From Ptychomitrium polyphyllum (Eukaryota): DNA of 64,000 nt. Made by a program: the position numbers and the translations under genes. The notes under the pieces are model-generated. The model ran no database searches. It was not told where the DNA came from and saw only the letters and a list, made by a program, of their open reading frames with translations. Positions 1 to 13,800 of this stretch are shown in pieces (the stretch's first letter is position 1; each line of letters starts with the position of its first letter). The DNA is taken from positions 8,432,001 through 8,496,000 of the forward strand of contig OZ316776.1 of assembly GCA_973851085.1 (NCBI GenBank), read 5' to 3'.

Positions 1-41
1 AAAATGGAGTACTCATTAGGGAGTTTTTTGTTGGATGTCAG

Positions 42-1279
42 TTTGGCAGACGACACCTGCTTATCTTTCAAACAGTATCTTCAAGAACCCCGAAACACTA
101 CGCTTGATGACCTACTTCCTTGCATGGACTTGGCTTCATCGTCCACGCAATATAAGCAAGTGCGGATGGCCATGAAGGATGTCATTGCTTCGGTAAAGAC
201 TTCTTCAAACCTCTTGTGTCTTCTTTTACTTTGTTCTTTTATCTACAATCTGAATGTTCGACTATGAGAAACCATACCAACACCCTTGAGCTCTTTTTAG
301 AGAAATATTACAAACACTGATATGAGCAATTTGAGGTCTCCGCTGGATACAATTTGAGATCTCTACCACATTCAACTCGAATCTCTGGTATAATGCCGGG
401 TATTAATGCAATGCAGGCGACTGAGCAATTCTTAGCTTACACCAATGGTTCCACCCCGTTGGTAGGGGTTTGTGATCCAATAGATCCAGCTCCCGACTAC
501 AATTACACTGGCATCTGCGCAAATGATACACTTCCAATTGGTGAACTAGCTAATGTAAGTGATTGATTCCTTTTCAGATACGTATCTCTTTTTGCTTTTG
601 TGACTTTCCTGTTTAAACGGTCTTAAAAAGCACTTGGGCAGAAGAATTCTCCTCGCTACTCACAGCAGACTCCTTGTCTGCAGCTTGTTCAGCCTTTTGT
701 GTGCAACGGCACTCGAACTGTTTGCTTAGCGAGCCAGCCATACTATATCAATCAAACTACTTATAACTACATCCTCGCAATAACTAGAGGTAAGCACTGA
801 TGACCTCATTTTCTTGATTGAGCAAATTCTCGACACCTCTCAAGCAAGGTTTCCTCATTGTTTGTTCTGAATAAAATGCATGGAGAGGTTTCAGAAAAAT
901 GCGAAAAATTTAGTCCAGTCTAAGGGTTTAAGATTGGAGCGAATTGCAGGCATGGGTTGCATCTTTCTCATCCACACTCATTGCTCTGGTCGCAGCTTCT
1001 CAAAGCACTTTGAATGCTTTTCCACTGATGGACCGACTCACTAACTGCTCCCTGGTGACAAATCCAATCAGCACCATGGTGAATGTACGCTGTGGCCCTG
1101 CAAAAATCGCCATCAACCGTATCTGGATCTCGTTTGCCGTCTTGTCCTCCATCATGATCCTTCTCATCATCTTCTGGTGTCTAGCGAACACGGCACAACG
1201 GTACATTTCCAGCATCACCCCCCAGTCTGAGCTGCAACCTCTCGACGCCAGGCCACCATACAGTGTCATGCAGAAGTGA
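42..1279 (+). CDS. 3' part of a plant multi-pass membrane protein gene (resembles the uncharacterised At2g12400/At1g71110-type family); 5' end lies outside the window
   Basis: GT-AG exons at about 42-192, 417-554, 684-789 and 996-1279 join in frame. Motif ADDTC...P.NTTLDDLLPCMD, Cys-rich luminal region, C-terminal TM helix (IWISFAVLSSIMILLIIFWCL). Family recognised from memory. Confidence 0.7.
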
Positions 1280-1991
1280 ATCAATACATCACGCCAGATT
1301 ACGAATCAATCTCCGCAACTGTTATCTCCGACCTGGAAAAAATCAAGCTTATGGCCTGATACTGCAAGCTGAACCGAACTGGAGGGGTGGCCGCACACAA
1401 GGAGCGCAGAATTCGTCATGTCCACTTTGCGTTCAATATCCAGCTGATACTCCGATGATGTTTGGGTGATATCAAGGTGATACTCAGATATGTATCGTGT
1501 AAAGTGGACGACGTTACGACGTTGTCAGCGGGCCTGAGTCAGCATGTTGCAGAATTAGCGTGCCGCCACGTGCAGGTACCCAGCTGCAGGAGAAGGGCAC
1601 TCTGTTTGGATTTTATTTAACCTGCCGAAACCAAGTATGATCTTTGTATGAAGAACTACTTGTTATAACAACAGATTCCTTTTTTCTTTTTTTCTGAGTG
1701 AAACAATAAGGCAGCTTTATCCTTTTTGTTAGGATCCCATTAAGCAAGGTGCATATTTCATAGTGAGGGAGCAAATTGTCCACCACCATGGTTGCACAGT
1801 GGCGCTTTTATTGCCTAGTGCATTAAGATTTTATGTAACATTGTTTAGTCCATTATTCTAAGGCATGTGCTACTAGTCCTAGGAAGAAACAATCATTTGT
1901 TTTTTAAATTTAACAAATCATATATATTTTAAATTAGCAAAATCTTGTGATACATAAAAGTTCCTTTGATGTGTTACTCCTTCTATTATTT

Positions 1992-2114
1992 GAAGATTTT
2001 GTTGTGAAGCTTCCAACTTAAGACATTCCAAATCGTTTCATTTGAAGTTATTAGAAGATTTTGTTGTGAAGCTTCCAACTTAAGACATTCCAAATCATTT
2101 CATTTGAAGTTATT
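1992..2114. repeat. 62-bp tandem direct duplication (2 copies)
   Basis: gaagattttgttgtgaagcttccaacttaagacattccaaatc(g/a)tttcatttgaagttatta starts at 1992 and again at 2054. Confidence 0.9.
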
Positions 2115-3594
2115 ATTTTATTGAATTGTTCATTTTTTATTCAATAGTTAAATTCGTAATAACTTCTATATAATAAATTATATTTTGTTAAATTAATAAA
2201 GATCTCATAATAGTTCCAAGTTGATATGGTGGCTAAATTTTAACTATAATGATGAATATAGAAATGATATTTATACCAAGTACAAAATTTGAAATTTTAT
2301 TAATTGATGTATTGATTAATTAATATTTTATTAATTCAACTATAATAATCATAACATTTTTATATTTATTATAATATTTTATCAACACCTATTATATTAC
2401 TTTTTTTTAATCAAAGTCATGCATGATACATTGATTATTGAAAAACTTTTAAATTTAAAATTATTTTGTAAGAGTTGCATATGGATTACAATCAACTTGT
2501 TAAATTTGAATTCAATAAATTTATATTCTACTTTCATATTTGATGTAATAAAGGTGGTTTATAAAAGTACATATTTTTTTTAATTGATTTAAAGTATAAT
2601 TTGTATCATTTTTTTGGTTTGAAGTGACATCAAAAAGAATATTTTTATATTACCTTTGGTGTTATTTATTATATGAAAATATGCCAAAATCACATAAAAT
2701 TTATTATGCAAAATCATTACATTTATTATGGTGGTTATTAATAAAGTTTGTTGTCTTTTATCTCATTTGCCTTCCGCTCTATATTTCTTCAACTTTATTG
2801 TTGTTACATTAGAATCTTAAGTTGTGGCATTTTACTTTCATTCATTTGACCTAATCTTAATAATAAAGTTTTTTTTTTCAATTTTTTTTGAAAATGTTAG
2901 TATATAATACTTCTTTGCACAATAAAATGTCATCATCAATATATTTTTTATTTAATTATATCTATGATGATTTTACATGGTAAAATTTTTGTGTAATCAA
3001 TTGTATAATTAAAAGTGAATCAGTAGTAGTTAGTTAAGCAATATTATTTCATATTTAACAAAAAAAATTGAAAATAGGAATATTTGAAATAATGATGATT
3101 ATAACAATCATTAAAATGTTTTTCATAAATGATTAGTTAATGCACCATATTTAATATATTTAACTTAACTTTTCTTTGATTTATTTGAAATAATGCATAC
3201 AATTTATTAAAACCCAAAAAAATTTAAACATAAGACATAACTCCAAAATTAATGCACAACTAGGTATCAACAAAGAGTTTCGTATTACATCTTTTAAAAT
3301 ATCTATTTTCAGAAATTGAATTATTAACTTTGCATCTCTTTCTTTTGTATTTTCTTTACATTTCAGTATATTTAATTTCAGAAAATAAATTCTAATAACA
3401 TAAAAACATATTTTTACTCAAGCCAATCTAAGATTCTAAGCCTTCAAGGAATTGAGACAACACTAGCGAACTGAGAATCAATTCCCGGATAGCATACAGA
3501 TCAGCAAACAATCTATGAAGGACTTGGATTTCGTATATGTCGAATGTACGTTTTGGGTAGACAAATTGCACTCCTTATCCGCTGCAGTCCCGCC

Positions 3595-6500
3595 ATGGCC
3601 AGTTTTCAAGCTCACTCGCAGGAAGCGGCCATGGCCATGGCGATAGCGATGGCGATGGTGCCCGCTTCCACAACCGGGGCTATGGCGCTCCACCACGGCG
3701 CACTCACCAACACGCTCTTCTGCTCTTCGCCGAGACCTTCGCTGACGCCTCTGCGCCTGGGCGCTGTCAAAATAGGGAATGTCTCCAGGGCCGTAAGTGG
3801 CGAGCTTTTATTGCTAGGTAGCGGGAAGGAGGCGCGAGGCGCTTGCTTCAAACGTTTCGCTAAGTTCCAGCAGTTCAGCCAGGATGCTGCGGACGGAAGC
3901 GTGGTGGAGGAGGGAGGAGAGGGAGAATTCGATGAGGAAGACGCTGATCAGTATGTGCGCATTAGCTTTTCATCATTTCTGCAGCGCGGTTCCAAGCGTT
4001 GTGTGTGTGAGATATTGTTTCAATTAGGAGCTTGTTAGTGAAAGAGTGGGACAAGTGAATAGTCTCTGGTGAAGGAAATCATTGCAAGATTAGATTTCTT
4101 GGAAGTTTGTCGCATTGATTGTCAGTGAGCTCGTCAGAGCGCGAGGCTTCAATTAGAATGAGAAGTACAGATTTCAATTGAACAATGTTTTCAGCAAAGT
4201 TGGATTGTTTAAAGAATTGCACTACGTTAGACCTAGTTGGACGTACTTGAACTTACTTTGCAAGATGATCGAAGTAGGTCCAAGTAAGTTCAATTTAGTT
4301 TAAACATTCCTGAAACAATCCAATTTTACTGGAAGCATCGGTAGAATTTGTTTCAATAACATTAGATTGTTTTGAGAACTCTTGCACTATGTTCGACCTA
4401 GGCCTGATTGGACATACTTGAATCTACTTTGCAAGACGATCGAAGTAGGTCGAAGTAGGTCTAATGTAGTCCAAAAATTATTGAAAAAATCCAATTTTTT
4501 TGAAAGCACTGTTAGGACATGTTTCTTGTTTTGGTTAAGTGTTTAATTTCCTTTTACTAATTTAGAGTGGGTGAACATTTGGCTGTGTTTTGTAGCAAGG
4601 TTTTAGTAAGTAGAATTCTGACAAGTATTGTGATTCAGGATACTACCACAAAATCTAGAGACTGCTATGATCCATGGTGGTGAAGCCGCTGGATTGTACA
4701 TCAATTCTGGTGGAACGCGTGTGATTGTAAGAATCTGCTCAACTCTCGTTGTTGAAGTACGGTCTGATATTTGTTTTGGCATTCTTGTTGATGTGCTCTT
4801 TGTTGATTGTCTTGAAAGCTGTTGGCGCGCGGTAGTTTGTAATTATGCTATGTATGTCGAAGTTATCTTCTTGCGGTTGCAGTTTTATTTGTCCCAATTT
4901 GCAAGAAATCACAGCTCAGCGATTTTTAAGGAAATTGTTGTGACCGTGCTGGGTGCGTCGAGTATTGTCGCTTGGTTTTTATTTACGAGCTAATAGATAG
5001 TTTGGCTTAAGCTGTGCTGATAACATCAACAGTAATTGCATTAAGAAGCTTTAAACTATATTTCAATACGGAATCTGCGATGAGAGAGTTAGTTAACCTA
5101 GTAGAATAATGGCTAAACACTTGATGATTGTGATGGTGGGGGTTTAATTGGGGCAGGCAGAGTTGCTAGTTCCTGAGTTGGAAAATCTAAACGAGGATGG
5201 CGCTCAACAACGAGTCTGGGACCTTTCTAGATTATTTCTTGATACCTTGCAAGAAACTTTGGGACAGCAGGTTATTGTTCACACCTTGTGTCACACTTTT
5301 TTGCCGATTCATAAGCATCATTGGTGTACTTACTTTTATAAACGTCAGCCAGTTGTTTGAGATGGTACATTTTTTAGGTTTGTTTTTGTGCACGTTCCTT
5401 TTTGCTGCATTTTTCTTTTGGATACTTGGATTTATATTTTTGTTTTGTTTGTGCTATGGCCAGCAAGAACTCATGATGATTTAGATCTCACAGTAGAATC
5501 AACAGTTGTATTCAGAGTTCTGTCGTTCGATCTTGGGAGGACTAATTATGCCATTATGACTGATTATGTTGCACAGCGGGTTAAAGCAATTTTTCCAGAT
5601 GCTGGCGTAGCGGCTTTTGTGAAGTACCAGTGGAAAGATGTACCGTATAGTTTCGGCAGGTTTGCATTTCATCTACTTTGGTATATTATAACTTTCTCAT
5701 TCAACTTTTGTTTATCAGGTTGTGAACTTTAAACACTGCGATGAGGTCAGCATCTCTTATGCGTGTATACGTTTCGTAGCTTCCTTACTCTACAATAAAT
5801 ACAAGTCTAACTACTGTTACAAATTGCAGCCTGAACGATCGAAGGCCTGTTTCCAATGAAGATGAAGTTGTGGTATTGTTGACTCCAGACCATCAAGGTC
5901 TACCTGACGTTGAGCGCATTAACACCACCCTTGCGGGTGATGATGACACTCCTGTAAGTTTTATCTGCTGACTATCCAAATCTTATTTGGAAGTCGAATG
6001 TAGCTGCAGTTATGCAAATCACTATCTACTGAGGCACCGTGGTTTTATAATGACAGGCTAGGGCGATGGTCATGTTAAATCCACGTCTTGTTAGTGGAGA
6101 CGTTGGAATTGGTCTCAATGTTAGGCGAATGCGTGAACGCCTTCTCAGGTAAACCCTTGAATTCTGAACGCCTAGTGTACTCCATGGCTCTGGCAGGATA
6201 GTGGTGCTGAATTGTATGGCCATCCCTTGTCTTATCTCCTGGGTCATTTTGACGAGGATTGTTTAATAACAGATTCAGCAGTACGTGGAAGCTTCCCGTG
6301 TTTTTAAATAAAAAATTATGTGAGAGCTTAATTTTGAATTTACTTCTATCGTATGCGGATTCCCTAGTTCAAGAGTCACTATTTTTTGTCTGATAATTTT
6401 TTTTACTTGTTCGAAATGTAGCAAATTTACTACAGTGTATTCAGTGCGACCTTCACAAGATGCAACTATATTTAGACAATATCCAGGGTACGTGGTTCTT

Positions 6501-7321
6501 TTATGTGAAGCCTTTCCAACTGCTTGTTGATTATTTTTAACAAGTCTTGCTTCAATTTTTGTTTACGTACATGCTCCAAAGACCCGCCAGAGCTTAGCAA
6601 TTTGCATATTGCAAACGGTAAATTTTGCTAGACTTTTGATTTCCTTCTGTTGAAAGTACGGAGTTCGTAGGAAAATTTGGGTAATGTAGGTGATAACTGT
6701 TGATGCACTGATTATTGTACATTTTACTTCCAGATTATGGCAGATATTTGTAGATGATAGAAAGCAACCTGGACGCCTGGTACTGGCCAAGGAGCAACCA
6801 AATCGACCCACTTTGGATGATATTGACGTAAGGATTTTGTCGGAAACCCGCATCACTGGTTTTCTGCTAATCTATATTTCGCCCTGTGCATCCTTTACTT
6901 CATTATTAACTTCCCTTTTGGCGCACTCAGCAAGGATGAATGATTTCCAAAGACGCTAGTAATCTTCATGCATGATATTGACATTCTTCTTGATTTGGGC
7001 AGAATAGAACGTAGGTCCTAGTCAAAAATCTATTAAATTTTGACATGATGTTTGTTATTACGTTGAATTCTTATTTTAGATATCTGTTCATTTTTGTTGG
7101 TTTTTACGTAAGCCAGTGTATTTGTGAATATAACGATGGTGTAGAAGTACGCGGAAGGCAGCAGGCAGTGTCTAACCAGGGGTTTCTTTGTGGTGGCTTT
7201 GATTTAGATGATACTATTAGGTGGAGGGAACAGCGAGGCTGGCGAGCAACCGTCAGCCATGGCAAATGCTGTTGGTGTCTTTGCTTCTTTCAACCGCTTC
7301 ATGCGTTCACTCTCTCAATAG
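3595..7321 (+). CDS. LPA3: Chloroplast DUF1995 protein, LOW PSII ACCUMULATION 3-like; 9 exons
   Basis: Exons about 3595-3950, 4639-4726, 5157-5270, 5577-5659, 5830-5953, 6057-6148, 6422-6487, 6734-6827, 7208-7321. Motifs ELLVPEL...GAQQRVWDLSRLFLDTL, RVKAIFPDAG, NPRLVSGDVGIGLNVR, FTTVYSVRP and end FASFNRFMRSLSQ match LPA3. N-terminus is transit-peptide-like. Confidence 0.88.
4186..4510. repeat. Two tandem ~150-bp imperfect palindromic (foldback/MITE-like) units in LPA3 intron 1
   Basis: Unit 1 (~4186-4339): cagcaaagttggattgttt pairs with aaacaatccaattttactg, and ttggacgtacttgaacttactttg pairs with cgaagtaggtccaagtaagttcaa. Unit 2 (~4350-4508) is a diverged copy with the same core (tactttgcaaga.gatcgaagtaggtc). 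Confidence 0.7.
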
Positions 7322-7549
7322 TTGGTTCATTTGCTAAATATCATAACGAAATACAGAATAGAAACTGTGCATTGCCGCTACATTCTGTGTCTAACTGTTA
7401 TTTTCTTCACTGTCATCTGTGGTCTGTTTTCTGATATTCTACATTTGTTTGAACTTTCTGCTTTTACTGAGGAAGTAGTCAAAGGCTAAGTTAATGGGAA
7501 ATATTTATGGTGCATAAATTTGCACTACTAATGTAGTTTTTGCTCAACA

Positions 7550-10230
7550 AACTAGATTTGGCTAATATATACAAAACATAGTACTGCTGCGTATTCTTTA
7601 ATATAAAGCATTGTACTTCTATCAACCTTTGAAAATGTGTAGAATTCACATATAATTTTAATATAAAACTGGTTGAATAGGAACATTTTTAATTGTATGA
7701 TATAACCAACTATAAAACAATCAGAAAATATAAACATTTTCTCACATTCTTTCCAGTTATTATCAACAATGTGTTTGAATAAATACTGTTTGAACAAGTG
7801 TAAATTTAATTCATAGGATTAAGAAATCAAATGCAAATGGATGAATTTCAATTTGTTAGAAATTTGCAACAAAGTGTGTAGAGTTTGTTATATTTGATTT
7901 TCTTGTAGGGCCTTCTACATGGTCATATAATATTTTTATCATACTTATTTCTAAATCATGTAATATATAGAAATGAAATGAAAAGATTTTGAGAATCTTG
8001 AGAATTTTAGAAATTATGTTGTTTTGATGTACAAATATTATATATAAGAAACTGTTGATTTGTAATATAAAAATACAAAGTTGTAGCCAAATACTTCTCC
8101 CTACATCAGTAATATGTAAAACGATTATTGATTCAAAAGGGCAATTTATAAATAAAATATCAATAAAAACATAAATATATTTTATTATATTCCATTTGAT
8201 ATAATAAATTTAAAATTACAGGTTTTATGCATAATTAATTTATTAATAAAAATATGTGAATATTTTGAAAAAAATCACTTTAGTGCTTGACAAAATATAT
8301 TCATTTCAAGGAAATTATTAAAAAAAAAAAAAAAATCAAATTTTGGAGATCTTAAATTAAATCAACATTATCAAAAAAAGTAGAATTTTGTTTGTACTTG
8401 TTTTAAACCTATACTTGCTAATTTATTCATACTTCAACATTATATTAATAGAATTGTCACATGTATAAAAGTGCTAGATTGAAATGCTTGTTTTTTAATT
8501 TTTTAATAAATTTATTTCCATCATATTTAACCAAAATGTTTAAAATTGTAGTCATTATTATTAATAAATAAATAAATTTCATAAACATGTTTGTAAAAGT
8601 AAATGAATTTTGAGATTTGGATGTATGAAGACTTTACTTGAAAATTTTAAGATTATAATATTATAAAGTAATTTTTAATCTTTTCAAATGAAATCTTTCA
8701 TCTTCATTTTTACTTTATACAAATGTATGTGCTTTGTGTTGGAGCAAAAGATCTTTAATATTGCAAAAATAAAATTAATGAATAGCCAAATAATTTGTGA
8801 ACATTTAATAGCTCCCATTGATTTGATATTTAGAATAATATAATACTTTAATAATACGTAAGTGATATTATAGTGATAATGCTTGGTAGTATTATAAAGA
8901 TAGTCTAGTGATACAAGAAAATTACTCTAGCAATATTAAAGAAGTAATTTACTTTTAAAAATAATACTCGGATTATGATAAGAATAATTTGTATGTATTT
9001 TAAAAGATCCAAAATCTTATAATTGAAGAATCCTACAAATTGTTATTGTTTTTACTCTAGAGCGCAATTACTTCTTTGTAATTTTTTGTTTCTTTATTAG
9101 CTCAACTTCTTTATTTTTTAATTAATGCATTTATATTTATATTTAGAATTTTGAGATTTGATATTTGTACATTATTATAAGGCATTGTAGTTTTTGGACT
9201 ATTTATATATAGCTTAATGAACATGTGATATATTAAAAATTCTAATTATCATTATAATTCCAATGCTTTATCACCTAATTGTTGATTAATAAGTAGATGT
9301 TTGTAGAAGTCCATGGATTTTATTTTTATGTGATAAGAATGTAGAAAAGCAATTGGATTAAAATGAGTAAATATTTTTTAAGTAATTAATTTTAAAATGT
9401 TCAACCAATTCAAAATTGGTTGATAGATCTTTGGCTCTTTATTTATTTATTCAAAAAAATAAAAATATAAATAAAAAAAAATTTTAAAAAAAATTTTAAA
9501 ATTTTAAAATAAATAAATAAAAATAAATAAAAATATATATATATATACATATTATTTATTTATTTTTTGACCTTTTTATTGTAAAATACTTTAAAGAGAT
9601 GATTTTATTCAATCATTGTTTTATTTAATGATTCGATTTGGTATTAATGTGATGTATACTTGAGTAATATTAAAAATACCAAAGTTTAAAAATTTTAATA
9701 TAAAAAAGCTTGTATTGACCTTAATTCAAAAGCAAAAATGAGCTTATGGATTTAAGCATCACAATTCAATACTAATAAGGTGGCCATCACATCTTTGATG
9801 TAATAGTGTTTAATATAGGTTTCTATTTGATTGTAATAGTAAAATAATAAGAAACAAAAAGGTAATAATTAAAAATAAAAAATAAAAAATAAAAAATAAA
9901 AAGTAAAAATTAAATATTAAGCATTAAATAGAAAATAGTAAACAAGTAAACAATAATCAATAAAAATGAATCAAACATAAATAATATAAAGTATCCAAAA
10001 AACTATAAATATTGATAAAGTAGAAAAACTTCAAATAAAGAAAAAAAGAAAAAAAGTTGAAATTAAACTTTTTATAAGTATGAATGGATACACAAATAAA
10101 TGGACAAAACTAAACTATAAGATTTACCTTTCTACTATTCACAAAAACCTATAAATCACTACACTAAATATACTTGATTCCAAATCTACATTAAAAAAAT
10201 TTATTTAAAAAAGTCAATATGTTGTCTATA
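7550..10230. other. Very AT-rich intergenic block, possibly decayed transposon-derived DNA; similar blocks at ~1900-3430, ~36870-37400 and ~54000-55100
   Basis: Strong AT bias, poly-A and (TA)n runs, no credible ORF. Confidence 0.55.
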
Positions 10231-10466
10231 ATCAATTTTTATGGAACCAAGATGCCAAGGGCTTGCCTCCAAAGAAGCCCCTTGCTTCCCACACAAGCAC
10301 AGGGCGACGAATGTTCTGCTATGAGGCTACTTTCTCGTTCGTCTGAAACGGACGAAAAAGAAGACCGTGGACGGAGCTTGTCTCTCGTCGGTCGCCGGTT
10401 TGATTCTCATGATGAGGTCGATGCACTTTGTTGCTGCTCGTAACGATGGCGATCGTTCTTTCGATC

Positions 10467-10825
10467 TAGGGTTTTGAGATTCGGTGTTGGTGCTCAACCG
10501 CAGTTTCTAGGCTAAGCTCGAGGTGGACTAGGGAGCGAGGTTATCATTAGGAAAATTTAATACAATCGCGAGGTGTGTTGTGAGCGTTGGTCTGGATTCA
10601 TGGCAATTCGGGGAGCCTTGCATCGTGTGGGGTTTTAGGGTTTTTGGGGTTTAGGGGCTAGCGTTTGCTGTCTTTTGTTATTTGAGATTCCGATGTTGAG
10701 TGTTTGTGCAGGTGACAGTTATCTGGAGGATTGCGAGAGCGACATGGCTCATGGCGTGAGCGCCGGTCTGGAATCGTTGCAATTACCGTTGCGTTGCATG
10801 TAGGTTAAGGGTTTAGGATTTAGTA
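10467..10825 (+). promoter_or_regulatory. POP1 5' leader with telo-box-like TAGGGTTT motifs inside a degenerate local duplication
   Basis: tagggttt at ~10467 and ~10636, variant aagggtttagg at ~10807. Repeated blocks tttgagattc (10473/10681) and gtgagcg..ggtctgga.tc.t.gcaatt (10580/10756). Confidence 0.5.
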
Positions 10826-10896
10826 TTTAGCTGAATGTAGCCTTAGGTCGTGACGATCTTCGGGCCGTGTTTGATGCGGCCTTCATCTAGTGTCTG

Positions 10897-13800
10897 ATGA
10901 TGGACGCGAGTGGAGGAAGTCGTCATGCGGGAGCGCCGAGGACGCTGGACGTGCAGAAGTTCGGCGATGCGCGAAAGACGGAGGTGCATGCCCTGCATGC
11001 AGTCTTGAAGGAGAAGAAGGGGAGGGATGGGACTGAGGGTGTGGTGGCCATTCCTCGGTGTCTGCGGAGGCGGACGACCAGCCACATCCGGCGTAAGGCT
11101 TTCTTTTGGCAGCGGAAGCAGAAGAAGCGGAAGTATGGGGATGTGGATGAAGCGGTTGGTGGTGAGAGTGGGCGGGTGGAGACTGAGGACGGGGATGCTG
11201 CGGGTTCTGTGAAGAAGCCTCCTTCCAGGCGTGTGCGGAGGAGAATTGAGCTGAAAGGGGATGAGAACGGAGGAGGAGGTTGCGCCAGAGATGGAACGCA
11301 GCGACTGGTTACTCATGTTTGGCATGCGAAGCGCTTTACAATGACAAAAATCTGGGGCCACTTGCTTGCGGAGGGGCTCCCTGGAAGGTGATGATCTTGA
11401 AGATATGTTCAAATTTTCTCGACATTTGCGTGATGAATTGCTGCAATTGTTGGAATATATGCTCATTAAATTTGCAAAGATGTATGTTGGTGCCGTTTAT
11501 GCCCTCACAAGGTTTGTCGACGAAGATTAGGCTTATAAATTGGGGCGCTTGTGTTACTGGATGGTGTAAATTCTAATCCATACACCCTGACATTGTGGTC
11601 ATTGCTGAAGCGGGCATGCTTATTTCTGGTATTTGAGTTCTGACAATTTCTTTGTTTGATGGAAGGACAGAGGCCGGGGTTCACGAGCAGTCCTTAGGTG
11701 GGTAAGAGAGGCTGCCGTACTTCAGGATGCCAGCTTCTATTCTGCTATTGAGCTGGCAGGCAGTGGGGTAAGTTAAATCCCCTGCTCCGAAGTGTCTTTT
11801 GAGAGTGGAAACGGGTTTTAATTGGATATCAAAATTGGCCAACGTTTTCTCAACATGGTTGTGCTCTTCAATTGAAATTTCCCTGTGGAAATTCAATTGG
11901 AGACGAAAACAAAGAGGGTCTTATGATAAGTATCTGAAATTTAAGTGGTGTTTTTCTGGATTGATAGCCTGCAAAGTGCTTCTATATTTCTTCGTTGTTA
12001 CGTCTATCGATTCATATAGTAACAGTTAGTTTCATCCAATTGTGTATGTGAAGGGATCCATTACAGAAGCTTTGCAGTTGGTGTTGAAGCCAGTTCCAAA
12101 ATCTGTTGTGAATGGTGAATATGTGCTCAGGGGTACAGAATATACAAAAGCAATGGTGAGTTGGTGCTCGGACCTCTGTTATTATTTCCTTTTTGGAGGT
12201 AGAAATGCTCAAGTTTGTGTCAACGTTATCTACTTGTGACGTATGCTTGCCAACGGCCTCATTATCCCTTCTCGGCTGCGAGTATTTGTTTGAGTGAATT
12301 TCGGTAGTCGAGTTTTTGGCGATGAACAGCGGCAGTCCTCCTTTTGACGTCCATGAATTTAATAGCTCTCTTGGTGGGTTATAGTTACATCACTTGGATA
12401 AGTGTCCGCGTGGAGCAATTGCGCCAGTTACATATTTATGGCGTCCTGAATCGAAAGGTGGAGAGGACGCTGAGCGACGGATATGGCTGTGGGTGCACGC
12501 TGCAGCTTTTGAGGAGGCCTTGGCGTGTCTCCAGCATTTGTGTCGAACTCAGGTACTCTAATTTTTTAATGGTATTAGACACACTATTTTAATAGTTGTT
12601 TTCGGTTGCTTATTGGACGACTTGCTAAGTGACCCTTTCAGTTGCTACTCTTCATATAAGTCATACGTGCGTTTGAGCTTATCACATGTTGCATTATGCC
12701 AGGGGTTGCAATGCTGGTCGAGAAAAGGCCAATTGGGGCGATTGGATCTGCTGGGGAGTAAAGCATCATCCGTTCTGCAGAAAGTGCTCCATCCTGTTGC
12801 TAGGTCTGATGTCTGTCCAACTTTTTTCTTCTTCTCCTGTTCGAATGTTGACTAGAACCATTTTACCACATAACAAATAAATTATACCTCCAACTTTTGG
12901 AATGATTCTTTATAAACTCATATGTCGAAATATCGACTGTCTTATAGAAACTGGCTACTGACTGGTAATCAATTTCAATGTCAGAACGATATTACTTCAA
13001 GTTTTGGAGCGGACTTTGGTTTTAGCAGATGCTCTATGTGTTTGCTTTCTTTTGAACTTCGATTGTTTTCCTGCAGACAGGCATCACAAGAAGGTTGCGT
13101 GGAAGCTGTCCCTCCTAGCTCCTGTGATTCGTCTTCTGTCATTGCATCTCTGGAAGATTCTCATCAGTTTCCTGGAGGTGCAGTTATTGGAATGGAGGTC
13201 TGGGATCCTAGAGATAGCTCACACTCAGATATGACCTTTCAACCATCTCTTCTCGTAAATGCGGATTCTGATAGGATGGAAGTAGAGGATATGGACTTTG
13301 CTGTTTCAAATCCTGCATGTCCTTCGACGGATAATCAGGTGGACGTCAATAGCTCGATCGCCACCCCAATTCTGCAAAGAAAGACCATTAATATGTCAGA
13401 GAAAACAAAATGGCAAATTGTAGGCAATCAAGATATGTGGGATCGGTTAGACACCAGAGGGCAGGGTAGTATTGCAAAGCCCTCTAGCGAAAAGGATCTG
13501 AGCACCAGGCGGCACATGGAGCGATTGTCTTACATCCAACTCAACGATAATAGTAAAGATATCAAAGAAAAGTCGAGTGCTGCAAGTGAAAGTCTGAAGT
13601 GCCCTATTCTGATTCTAAAGCATACCCATCGGAGGCCATCAGCTTGCGGGTGAGTTCTCTGACTGCTCTTTGACTAGGCAGGTGGTGTTTATAGAAATTC
13701 GGGATTTTTATCAGGTAGTCAAGAAAATCACGGTTTACTTTAGTGAGATTTTCTCTTTGTCAACTTTGGCATCTTTATCTGTCTATTCCTCCAATATGCA

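Noticed and set aside
10843..11466. 207-aa minus-strand ORF
   Set aside because: Antisense to GC-rich POP1 exon 1
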